Shown here one piece after another: positions 1 through 7,789 of a stretch of DNA of 18,318 nucleotides (its first letter is position 1; each line of letters starts with the position of its first letter). A program made the translations under genes and the position numbers. Source of the DNA: Candidatus Eiseniibacteriota bacterium. Lineage in GTDB: Bacteria; Eisenbacteria; RBG-16-71-46; DASYSL01. The notes under the pieces are model-generated. The model worked only from the letters and a program-made list of their open reading frames with translations, was not told the DNA's origin and did not search any database. The stretch lies in assembly GCA_031431875.1 (NCBI GenBank), contig JANPEF010000021.1:1-18318 (forward strand), given 5' to 3'.

Positions 1-52
1 CACTTTCACCCCAATTGACTCGCACCAGTGCGATTAATTTGGGCTGAAAGTG
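1..52. repeat. AT-rich imperfect palindrome (REP/MITE-like or terminator hairpin) at window edge
   Basis: CACTTTCA (1-8) pairs with TGAAAGTG (45-52). Pairing continues inward (CCC/GGG, AATTGA/TTAATT, TCGCA/TGCGA) with one mismatch and two single-base bulges. It lies just downstream of the minus-strand GGCT stop at 60-62. Confidence 0.6.
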
Positions 53-59
53 GGCTGGC

Positions 60-542
60 TCAATCCGCCGTCGTCACCGTCGCCACCGTCGCCACTGCCG
101 CGATCGCCGCTGCCGCCAATCCGTGATGGCGCATGCCTGCCAGGATCGCATCCCGATAGCGCTGCGACGGAAGACCCGCGGGCTCGGCCTCGGGACTCAT
201 CGCGTACGTCTCGACGTCCCGGGTCCCGCCTCCCTCCATGTCCACGAACAGGGCGATGCGGTCGTACAGGTTCGACGCCTTGCCCGGGCCGTCGTATCCT
301 TCGTACGCGTCGAGCGACACGTAGTGCTCCCTGGTGATGGCGAAGACGACGCCGTGGACGACCGATCCATGACGCGGCTCGATCGTCGCCACCGCGCCGG
401 CCCAGTCGCGGCCGTAGCCGCGGAAGGCGAGCGTGTAGCCGGGCAGCGTCGCACGCCCGATCACGCGATGGCCGGGGCAACGCGCTTCCATCTGCACGGG
501 CTCGAGGTTCGAGCCGTAGGCGAAGTAGAGCGCCGGTTCCAT
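60..542 (-). CDS. gamma-glutamylcyclotransferase (GGCT/AIG2-like) family protein, copy 1, 160 aa
   Basis: N-terminal YFAYGSNL motif, VHGVVF strand, LDAYEG containing the putative catalytic Glu81, and PSxRY helix. Start taken at ATG 542 (MEPALYFAYGSN). Confidence 0.9.
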   Translation of the reverse strand: MEPALYFAYGSNLEPVQMEARCPGHRVIGRATLPGYTLAFRGYGRDWAGAVATIEPRHGSVVHGVVFAITREHYVSLDAYEGYDGPGKASNLYDRIALFVDMEGGGTRDVETYAMSPEAEPAGLPSQRYRDAILAGMRHHGLAAAAIAAVATVATVTTAD

Positions 543-589
543 TCGCGCAGACTGCACCTCCGGACCACCCTCACGCAAGAGGACCCGCC

Positions 590-994
590 ATGCACGGCCC
601 CGTCGTCACCACGACCCCGCCCGGAACGATGAAGCCCATCGGTCCTTATCACCACGTCGCGCGTGCCGGCTCGTTCGTGACGATCGGCGGCACGGCGGGG
701 ATCGATCCCGCGACCGGCACGCTCGCGGGGCCGGACGTCGCCGCGCAGACGACGCGCATCGTCGACTCCTTCCGTATCATGCTCGACTCCGTCGGCTCGG
801 ACCTGGCACACGTGCTGCACGTCAACGTGTTCCTGGTCGACGTTGCGGACTTCGCGGAGATGAACCGCGCCTACGCCGCGGCGATGGGGGAGCACCGGCC
901 GGCGCGGACGGCGATCGGCGTCGCGGCGCTGCCGCTTCCGGGGGCGCGCGTGACCATGAACTTGACCGCCGTGACGCGCGGCGACGAGCCGTAG
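590..994 (+). CDS. RidA/YjgF/YER057c/UK114 family protein, 134 aa
   Basis: KPIGPY, GTAGIDPATG, VNVFLVDVADFAEMNRAY and RPARTAIGVAALP (conserved Arg) motifs. GAGGA-type RBS upstream. Confidence 0.9.
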   Translation: MHGPVVTTTPPGTMKPIGPYHHVARAGSFVTIGGTAGIDPATGTLAGPDVAAQTTRIVDSFRIMLDSVGSDLAHVLHVNVFLVDVADFAEMNRAYAAAMGEHRPARTAIGVAALPLPGARVTMNLTAVTRGDEP

Positions 995-997
995 GCG

Positions 998-1480
998 CTA
1001 GTCGCACACCGGCGTCGCCTCGAGTGCGGCGATCACGGGGGCGGGCAGGCTGTGGCGGCGCATGCCCGTGAGCAGCGTCCAGCGGTAGCGGCGTGACGGC
1101 AGCCCCGTCGGGCGCGGGCGCATGAGGTAGGTCTCGACTTCGAGGGGTTCGTTGAGTTCGAGGACGACGGTGCGCCGCACGCGGTCGTACAGGTTCGCGG
1201 CGTGCTGGGGGCCGAGATAGGTCTGCACACGATCGAGTGACACGAAGTCCTCCGGCGTGAGCTCGTAGACGACGCCGTGCACCATCGAGCCCGGGGCGTG
1301 CTCGGCCGTCGCGACCGCGCCGCCCCACTCCCTGTCGCGCCCGCGGAAGACCAGCACGTGGTCGTGCAGGATCGCGCGACAGAGCAAGCGATACGCCGGG
1401 CAGCGCGCACGCATGACGTCCGGGTCGAGGTTCGAGCCGTAGGCGAAGTAGACCGGCAGCGGTGCGGCAGGCGAGGTCAT
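998..1480 (-). CDS. gamma-glutamylcyclotransferase family protein, copy 2, 160 aa (catalytic Glu replaced by Gln)
   Basis: YFAYGSNL, GAVAT, VHGVVY, NLYDR and GLPSRRYR are collinear with copy 1. It has LDRVQT where copy 1 has LDAYEG. Confidence 0.88.
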   Translation of the reverse strand: MTSPAAPLPVYFAYGSNLDPDVMRARCPAYRLLCRAILHDHVLVFRGRDREWGGAVATAEHAPGSMVHGVVYELTPEDFVSLDRVQTYLGPQHAANLYDRVRRTVVLELNEPLEVETYLMRPRPTGLPSRRYRWTLLTGMRRHSLPAPVIAALEATPVCD

Positions 1481-1651
1481 CGACGGTCTCCCATGCGCCC
1501 GACTCTAGCAGCCCTGACACGGACTTGCGCGGCCCGGCCAAAGCTGCGAAGCTTTCTCCGCCCCGGCAGCCCAGTGCACGATACGCGCGCCACCGGTCCG
1601 CCCGAACCGCGCGACTCGAACGCACACCCGCGCGGAACCCCGAGGGCCTGC

Positions 1652-2182
1652 ATGGACCAGCCGATCTACATCCGCCCCGCCAGCCAGTCCGATGCCACCG
1701 AGTTGCTCGATATCTATCGTCCGTTCGTCGAATCGACCGCAGTCTCGTTCGAATTCGAGCCGCCGACCGTCACGGAGTTCGCCGAGCGCATTGCGAAATC
1801 CATCGCCGACTGGCAGTGGCTGGTCGCCGAGCAGGACGAGCGTTGCATCGGCTATGCCTACGGCTCGTCGCACCGCGAGCGCGACGCCTACCGCTGGTCG
1901 GTCGAGGTCTCGGCGTACGTCCACCCCGGGCACCGGCGCCGTGGCGTGGGGCGCCTGCTCTACACGCAACTGGTCGACGACCTGGCGCGGCGCGGCTACC
2001 GCAACGCGTACGCGGGAATCGCCCTGCCCAACGAGGCGAGCATCGCGCTTCACCGGCGGGCCGGCTTCGAGTACATCGGCGTGTTCAAGGCGGTGGGCCG
2101 GAAGTTCGACCGCTGGCACGACGTGGCGTGGTACCAGCGCGCGCTGCCCAACGTCTCGGCCGACGAAACCGACGAACCCTGA
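1652..2182 (+). CDS. GNAT N-acetyltransferase, phosphinothricin/methionine-sulfoximine acetyltransferase (Pat/MnaT/ArsN1-like) family, 176 aa
   Basis: IRPAS start, SFEFEPPT, GYAY, RDAYRWSVEVSAYVHP, acetyl-CoA loop RRRGVGRLL, PNEASIALH and VGRKFDRWHDVAWYQ. Start taken at ATG 1652. Confidence 0.9.
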   Translation: MDQPIYIRPASQSDATELLDIYRPFVESTAVSFEFEPPTVTEFAERIAKSIADWQWLVAEQDERCIGYAYGSSHRERDAYRWSVEVSAYVHPGHRRRGVGRLLYTQLVDDLARRGYRNAYAGIALPNEASIALHRRAGFEYIGVFKAVGRKFDRWHDVAWYQRALPNVSADETDEP

Positions 2183-2202
2183 TCTCAGGACGGAGCCCGA
2201 GC

Positions 2203-3075
2203 ATGCAAGCCGACGATCTCTCTTCTGAACTTCTCGCGCTGTGGAACTTCGGCGACCCGGTCGAGTCCGAGCGACGCTTTCGCGCGCTTCTCCTGCGCGT
2301 GGAGGCCGAACCCGAAGCGGCTGCGATCGTGACCACGCAGATCGCCCGGGCGCAGGGCCTGCAGCGGCGCTTCGACGAAGCGCACGCCACCCTCGACGCC
2401 GTCACGGTCCAGCCGACCGCGCGCGGCGCGCGAGTTGCCGTGCGCCTGGCGCTCGAGCTTGGCCGCGTCTTGCGCTCGGCGGGTGATGTCACGGCCGCGC
2501 AGCCGTACTTTGCTTCTGCATTCGCGCGTGCCGGCGAGGCGGGGGAGGACGCGCTCGCAGTCGATGCCGCGCATATGCTCGCGATCGTCGAGTCCGATCC
2601 AGCGCTGCAGGCGACGTGGAACCAGCGCGCCCTGGCGCTGGCCGAGAGTTCCTCCGACCCGCTGGCCCGGCGCTGGCGCGCGTCGCTGCTCAACAACATG
2701 GGGTGGACTCGCCACGGCGAGGGTCGGTTCGACGAGGCGCTCGGACTGTTCGAGTGCGCGCTGGCGGCCCGCGAGGAGCTGGGCGACGCCGGCGCAATCC
2801 GCGTGGCGCGCTGGTGCGTGGCGCGCGTGCTCCGTTCGCTCGGTCGTGTCGACGAGGCACTTGCTGCGCAGCAAGTGCTCGACGACGCGATCAGCGAGGC
2901 CGGTGCGCCGGCCGACGGATTCGTGTGCGAGGAGATCGCCGAGTGCCTGCTCGCGCTCGGTCGCGCGGAGGAAGCACGGCCCTGGTTCGCGAAGGCACAT
3001 GCCGAGTTGGTGAAGGATCCGGGGTTCGTCGAGGCGGAGCCCGCGCGGCTCGCGCGGATGAAGGCGGTGGGCTAG
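2203..3075 (+). CDS. tetratricopeptide repeat protein, 290 aa
   Basis: Repeated helical TPR-like units (LLNNMGW...GRFDEALGLFECAL; LRSLGRVDEALA; LLALGRAEEARPWFAKA). AGGA/GGAG upstream of ATG 2203. Confidence 0.8.
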   Translation: MQADDLSSELLALWNFGDPVESERRFRALLLRVEAEPEAAAIVTTQIARAQGLQRRFDEAHATLDAVTVQPTARGARVAVRLALELGRVLRSAGDVTAAQPYFASAFARAGEAGEDALAVDAAHMLAIVESDPALQATWNQRALALAESSSDPLARRWRASLLNNMGWTRHGEGRFDEALGLFECALAAREELGDAGAIRVARWCVARVLRSLGRVDEALAAQQVLDDAISEAGAPADGFVCEEIAECLLALGRAEEARPWFAKAHAELVKDPGFVEAEPARLARMKAVG

Positions 3076-3237
3076 CGCAAGCCCTGCGCCACCGCCGAAA
3101 GCTCCTATCCCGTGGCGATCATCGGAGCTAGACTCCCGGGCGGTTGTGGCCCCCTCATCGGGGGACCTCGGACACACGGACCGCACGCTAGTTCTTGCGA
3201 AGGGAGCGCGGTTGGCACAGGCAACTCAGGAGTCGAA

Positions 3238-3879
3238 GTGATTCCCGCCCTCGACGCCCTCGACCTGCTGGTCGACGGCAACCGGCGGTTCGCCTCGGGC
3301 GTCCACGGTCGCGACGGGCTCGAGGATCGTGCACGCCGTCGTGAGCTGACGGACAAGCAGGAACCCTTCGCCATCATCCTGGGTTGTTCGGATTCACGCG
3401 TGCCGGCCGAGCTGGTCTTCGACCAGGGGCTGGGCGACCTGTTCGTCATCCGTGTCGCCGGCAACATCGTCGCTCCGTCCCAGGTCGGCAGCGTCGAGTT
3501 CGCGGCCTCCCGCTTCAGCACGAAGCTGGTCGTCGTGCTGGGTCACGCCGAGTGTGGCGCCGTGCTGGCCACGCTCGAGGAACTGGGGCGGCCGTCGGCC
3601 GACCAGTCGCGCAACCTGCGATCGATCGTCGATTGCATCCGCCCCTCGGTCGAGCCCCTGCTCACGTCGTCAACGCATCCGGGTCCGGAGTCGATCCTGC
3701 ACGAAGCCGTGCGGGCGAACATCCGCGCTTCGGCCGATCACCTGCGCCACGGATCGGAGGTGCTGGAGAGCCTCATCCACTCGGACGGACTCGTCGTCGT
3801 CGGAGCCGAGTACTCGCTGCAGACCGGAGTCGTGGAGTTCTTCGACGGGGTGCCGACACGGGCCCGCCAGGGAGGTTGA
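3238..3879 (+). CDS. beta-class carbonic anhydrase, 213 aa
   Basis: Zn-ligand motifs GCSDSR and GHAECGA, plus GDLFVIRVAGN and LVDGNRRF. GTG start at 3238 with CAGGAG upstream. Confidence 0.93.
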   Translation: MIPALDALDLLVDGNRRFASGVHGRDGLEDRARRRELTDKQEPFAIILGCSDSRVPAELVFDQGLGDLFVIRVAGNIVAPSQVGSVEFAASRFSTKLVVVLGHAECGAVLATLEELGRPSADQSRNLRSIVDCIRPSVEPLLTSSTHPGPESILHEAVRANIRASADHLRHGSEVLESLIHSDGLVVVGAEYSLQTGVVEFFDGVPTRARQGG

Positions 3880-3881
3880 GT

Positions 3882-4445
3882 ATGGGTCAGGGAATGATGG
3901 GACTGATCAAGGGCGTGTGGTGGATCTTCCTCGTGAAGGGGATCCTGGGGATCCTGTTCGGCCTGATGGCGTTGTTCATGCCCGGCGTAGCGATGGCCTC
4001 GCTGGTGATGGCGTTCGGGGCCTACGCCTTCGTCGACGGCGCCTCGACGCTGTGGGCCGCGATCAAGAACCGGAAGGCCGACGGCCAGTGGTGGCTGCTC
4101 GCGCTCGAGGGCCTGCTCGGTCTGGTGATCGGATGGATGGCGCTGAGCTCGCCGGGAACGGTGTCGCTCGCGTTCCTCATGTTCTATGCGATCTGGGCGA
4201 TCTTCGGCGGTGTGCTGCGGATCCTCACGGCCCTGCGCCTGCGCAAGGAGATCGAGGGCGAGTGGTTCATGATCGCCGGCGGCGTGATCTCGGTGCTGTT
4301 CGGCGGCTTCCTGCTGACCCAGCCCGTGGCCGGCCTGGTGAGCATCATGTGGATGATCGGCGCGTTCGCGCTCATCGTCGGGATCAGCCTGGTGATGCTG
4401 GCGATGAAGGCCCGCGGATTCGCCAAGAAGGTCACGGCCGCGTAG
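3882..4445 (+). CDS. HdeD/DUF308 family acid-resistance membrane protein, 187 aa
   Basis: About six hydrophobic segments, with WWIFLVKGILGILFGL...P, FGAYAFVDG and ALRLRKEIEGEW motifs. GGAGG RBS at 3871-3875. Confidence 0.88.
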   Translation: MGQGMMGLIKGVWWIFLVKGILGILFGLMALFMPGVAMASLVMAFGAYAFVDGASTLWAAIKNRKADGQWWLLALEGLLGLVIGWMALSSPGTVSLAFLMFYAIWAIFGGVLRILTALRLRKEIEGEWFMIAGGVISVLFGGFLLTQPVAGLVSIMWMIGAFALIVGISLVMLAMKARGFAKKVTAA

Positions 4446-4453
4446 CCGCGGAC

Positions 4454-4490
4454 ACGGGGGCTCGCCCGCCGTGGGCGAGCCCTCGTTCGT
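4454..4490 (+). terminator. GC-rich hairpin, probable intrinsic terminator after the HdeD-family gene
   Basis: 14-bp stem ACGGGGGCTCGCCC (4454-4467) / GGGCGAGCCCTCGT (4473-4486) with one G-U pair and a 5-nt loop. The T-tract is weak. Confidence 0.65.
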
Positions 4491-4514
4491 CAGGATCCGA
4501 CTGGGAGGTGCACC

Positions 4515-4799
4515 ATGACTTGCGCGACGGCACCGGATCCGACCGAGGCTTCCGAGTACTTCTTCAAGTACATCGATCTCGTCGCCCCAGGCGATATTTG
4601 CGACCGGCTCGACACACAGCGTGAAGCGGTCCTCGCACTCATCGAAGGCATTTCGGATGAGCGCTCGCAGTCGCGCTATGCGCCCGACAAGTGGAGCCTC
4701 CACAATCCGTTCACCGTGCGGGCGCTGGCGTGGATCACGGTGGGGCACGTGGCGCATCACGTGAAGGTCGTGCGGGAGCGCGATCTGCCCCTCCCTTGA
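4515..4799 (+). pseudogene. DinB/YfiT-family gene with an in-frame internal deletion (94 aa remnant)
   Basis: The N-terminal part (PDPTEASEYFFKYIDLV...RYAPDKWS) is joined directly to the C-terminal part (NPFTVRALAWITVGHVAHH). The middle of the fold, including the first metal-binding His, is missing. GGGAGG RBS upstream. Confidence 0.75.
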
Positions 4800-4824
4800 C
4801 ACCCCGCAGCACCCCTGCTAGCTT
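4796..4824 (+). promoter_or_regulatory. sigma70-type promoter for the sucC operon
   Basis: TTGACA (4796-4801), 17-nt spacer, TAGCTT (4819-4824) with extended -10 TG at 4816-4817. Confidence 0.75.
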
Positions 4825-4963
4825 CCGCTGTGACTTGAACTTGGCCGCGCGACGCTCGGGACCACGGCCCCGGTCGTGCGGCCATTCGCTTGCGCCCCGC
4901 AGTCCGACCGCAGCACCCGAAGAACCCGGCCCAGGCGTTCCTCGAACCAACTCAGGACGGACC

Positions 4964-6106
4964 ATGAACCTGCACGAGTACCAGGCCAAGGAACTGTTCC
5001 AGCGCGGCGGCATCGCCATCGTGCCGGGCATCGTCTGCGTGACACCGGCGGAAGTCCGCGCTGCGGCCGAGAAGATCGGCGGCGCCGTGATGGTGAAGGC
5101 GCAGGTGCACTCCGGCGGCCGCGGCAAGGCCGGTGGCGTGAAGTTCTGCCCCGACGCGCAGGCCGCCGAGGAGAAGTCGCGACCGATCTTCGCCCTCGTG
5201 ATCCAGGGACTGCCGGTGCACAAGGTGCTGGTCACGTCGGCCGTCGACATCGGCAGCGAGACCTACGCCGCGATCCTCGTCGACCGCGCGATCAAGCAGC
5301 CGATCCTCATGATCTCGGCGGCCGGCGGCGTCGAGATCGAGACGACGGCGCACGAGAACCCCGACGCGATCCGGAAGATTCCCATCGACCCGGTGATCGG
5401 CCTCATGCCGTACCAGGCGCGCTCCGTCGTCGTCGCGCTGGGCATGAGCGGCAAGCCGGCGCTGGCCATGGCCAATATGCTGGTCAAGCTGTGGTGGGTG
5501 TTCAAGGACAACGACGCGACGCTCGCCGAGATCAACCCGCTCGTCGTGACGAAGCAGGGTGACGTGGTCGCGCTCGACGCCAAGGTGTCGATCGACGACA
5601 GCGCGCTGTACCGCCACGACGACCTCGAGGCGATGCGCGACACCGCCGACGAGACGGCGGGCTCGATCCTGGCGCGCGAGCGCGGGCTCTCGTACGTGCC
5701 GCTCGAGGGCGACATCGGCTGCATCGTCAACGGCGCCGGCCTGGCGATGACGACCATGGACCTGGTCAAGCACTACGGCGGCGAGCCGGCGAACTTCCTC
5801 GACATCGGTGGCTCGTCGAATCCCGAGAAGGTCGTCGCCGCGCTGCAGATCATCACCGGCGACTCGACGGTGAAGGCGATCCTGTTCAACATCTTCGGCG
5901 GCATCACGCGCTGCGACGACGTGGCCCGCGGTATCCTCGCGGCGCTGGATCGACTCAAGATCGGTGTCCCGCTCGTCATTCGCCTCACCGGCACGAACGA
6001 GGAACTGGCCCGCGAGATCCTGGCCGAGCGCGGCCTCACCGCCACCACCTCGATGGACGAAGGCGTGAAGGCCGTGATCGCTGCGGCGAAGGGAGGGGCG
6101 CGATGA
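4964..6106 (+). CDS. sucC: succinyl-CoA synthetase beta subunit, 380 aa
   Basis: [54 protein letters not shown] and [10 protein letters not shown]. Confidence 0.97.
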   Translation: MNLHEYQAKELFQRGGIAIVPGIVCVTPAEVRAAAEKIGGAVMVKAQVHSGGRGKAGGVKFCPDAQAAEEKSRPIFALVIQGLPVHKVLVTSAVDIGSETYAAILVDRAIKQPILMISAAGGVEIETTAHENPDAIRKIPIDPVIGLMPYQARSVVVALGMSGKPALAMANMLVKLWWVFKDNDATLAEINPLVVTKQGDVVALDAKVSIDDSALYRHDDLEAMRDTADETAGSILARERGLSYVPLEGDIGCIVNGAGLAMTTMDLVKHYGGEPANFLDIGGSSNPEKVVAALQIITGDSTVKAILFNIFGGITRCDDVARGILAALDRLKIGVPLVIRLTGTNEELAREILAERGLTATTSMDEGVKAVIAAAKGGAR

Positions 6107-7320
6107 GCGTCTGGGTCGGCAAGAACACGCGCGTCGTCGTCCAGGGCATGGGCCGCGACGGATCGTTCCACGCGAAGTCGATGAAGGAGTACGGCACGCA
6201 GGTCGTCGCGGGCGTCTCGCCGACGAAGGCCGGCGAGCGCATCGAGGGGATTCCGCTGTTCGCCACGCTCGCCGAGGCGGTGGCGAAGACCAAGGCGAAC
6301 ACGAGCATCATCTACGTGCCCGCACCCGGCTGCGCCGACGCCATCTACGAGGCGATCGACTCGGGCGTCGAGTTGATCATCGCCATCACCGAGGGCGTGC
6401 CTGTCGTCGACATGCTCGAAGTGTGGCAGTACCTCAAGGCCGCACAGGAGAAGCGCGGCGGCCTGCCGCGGCTGATCGGGCCCAACTGCCCGGGCCTCAT
6501 CTCGCCGGGGCTGTGCAAGGTCGGGATCATGCCGGGCCACATCCACCTGCCGGGTCGCATCGGGCTGGTGTCGCGCTCGGGCACGCTCACGTACGAAGTC
6601 GTGCACCTGCTGACGGCCGCGAAAATGGGCCAGTCGACCTGCATCGGCATCGGCGGTGACCCGATCAACGGCACGAACTTCATCGACGCGCTGGCCGCGT
6701 TCGAGGCCGACAAGGGCACCGACGGCATCGTGCTGATGGGCGAGATCGGCGGCACCGACGAGGACGCGGCGGCGGCGTTCATCAAGAAGCACGTGAAGAA
6801 GCCGGTCGTCGCGTTCATCGCCGGGCAGACGGCGCCCCCGGGCCAGCGCATGGGCCATGCCGGCGCAATCATTTCCGGCGGCGCCGGCACGGCGGCCGAG
6901 AAGATGCTGGCGCTGCGCAAGGCCGGCGTCATCGTCGCGCAGATCCCGTCGGAGATCCCGGGCCTCATGGCCGGGTTGCTCGCGAAGCGGAAGGGGAAGC
7001 CGGCCATGGCCACGACTGCCGCAGCGAAGTCGGCGCTGAAGCCCGCGCTGAAGCCCGCGCCGAAGAAGGCCGCGAAGAAGGCCCCGAAGCCGATTCCGAT
7101 CCCGATGAGCGCCGCCGCGAAGAAGGCCGCCGCGAAGCTGCGGCCGAACCCGAAGAAGGCCAACCTCACCGCCAAGTCGAAGAAGGCGAAGAAGGGGAAG
7201 CCCGACGCGAGCTCGGCGTCGCATCGCAAGGACGCGAAGTCGGCGCAGGCCGGCCTCGACCGCTCGCGCGCGAAGTTCCGGAAGACGCAGACGAAGACGA
7301 AGCTTGGCAAGCGCCGCTAG
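6103..7320 (+). CDS. sucD: succinyl-CoA synthetase alpha subunit with a C-terminal Lys/Ala/Pro-rich extension, 405 aa
   Basis: [27 protein letters not shown] and the phospho-His motif [12 protein letters not shown] overlap with sucC. About 110 extra basic residues follow the normal end. Confidence 0.96.
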   Translation: MSVWVGKNTRVVVQGMGRDGSFHAKSMKEYGTQVVAGVSPTKAGERIEGIPLFATLAEAVAKTKANTSIIYVPAPGCADAIYEAIDSGVELIIAITEGVPVVDMLEVWQYLKAAQEKRGGLPRLIGPNCPGLISPGLCKVGIMPGHIHLPGRIGLVSRSGTLTYEVVHLLTAAKMGQSTCIGIGGDPINGTNFIDALAAFEADKGTDGIVLMGEIGGTDEDAAAAFIKKHVKKPVVAFIAGQTAPPGQRMGHAGAIISGGAGTAAEKMLALRKAGVIVAQIPSEIPGLMAGLLAKRKGKPAMATTAAAKSALKPALKPAPKKAAKKAPKPIPIPMSAAAKKAAAKLRPNPKKANLTAKSKKAKKGKPDASSASHRKDAKSAQAGLDRSRAKFRKTQTKTKLGKRR

Positions 7321-7366
7321 CTAGCTCGCGATGCCGCACGCACCCCAACAGGAGTCCGTCATCCGC

Positions 7367-7783
7367 ATGTCGAATCGCACGCTGTTCATCGTCAAGCCCG
7401 ATGCCGTCGAACGAAACCTCACCGGCCGCATCCTCGCGCACGTCGAGGAAGCCGGCTTCCGCATGATCGCCGGCCGGCTCACCACGCTGGAGAGGTCCGT
7501 GGCCGAGGTGTTCTACGCCGAGCACAAGGAGCGCCCGTTCTTCGGCGAGCTCGTCGCCTTCATGACCTCGGGCCCGGTGTTCCTGACCACGCTCGAGGGC
7601 GAGGGCGGACCGCTCCGCCTGCGCGAGGTGGTGGGGGCGACCGACCCGGCCCAGGCGGCCGAGGGCACCATCCGCAAGCGCTTCGGCCTCGACAAGCAGC
7701 GCAACTCGGTCCATGCCTCGGACTCGGCCACCTCGGCCGACCGGGAGACCAAGCTCTTTTTTGGCAACGACTTGCCGGCCTAG
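7367..7783 (+). CDS. ndk: nucleoside diphosphate kinase, 138 aa
   Basis: RTLFIVKPDAV, FYAEHKERPFF, FMTSGP, GATDP...GTIR and NSVHASDS (catalytic His). Start taken at ATG 7367 after CAGGAG. Confidence 0.96.
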   Translation: MSNRTLFIVKPDAVERNLTGRILAHVEEAGFRMIAGRLTTLERSVAEVFYAEHKERPFFGELVAFMTSGPVFLTTLEGEGGPLRLREVVGATDPAQAAEGTIRKRFGLDKQRNSVHASDSATSADRETKLFFGNDLPA

Positions 7784-7789
7784 CAGGGG

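Noticed and set aside
68..117. 9-nt repeat (CCGTCGCCA-like) encoding ATVATVTT at the end of GGCT copy 1
   Set aside because: Only about three imperfect copies of low-complexity coding sequence, with no evidence of function.
1277..4963. Long N-terminal extensions given by the ORF track for the GNAT (from 1277), TPR (1462), carbonic anhydrase (3112), HdeD (3384) and SucC (4691) genes, which could suggest fusions
   Set aside because: These are open-frame run-ons, mostly overlapping neighbouring genes. Family homology, and in most cases an RBS, begins at the downstream starts used here.
6844..6846. SucD PPGQRMGH instead of the usual PPG(K/R)RMGH, and QGMG instead of QGITG near the N-terminus
   Set aside because: The catalytic His and surrounding motif are intact, and these positions can vary. 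Worth rechecking only if reads show A-to-C errors, as might apply to fabG 12138.
6345..7310. Antisense 321-aa ORF with a hydrophobic FFAAFFGA N-terminus that looks like a membrane protein
   Set aside because: It is the reverse complement of the AAG/GCC (Lys/Ala) codons of the SucD tail and fully overlaps sucD.
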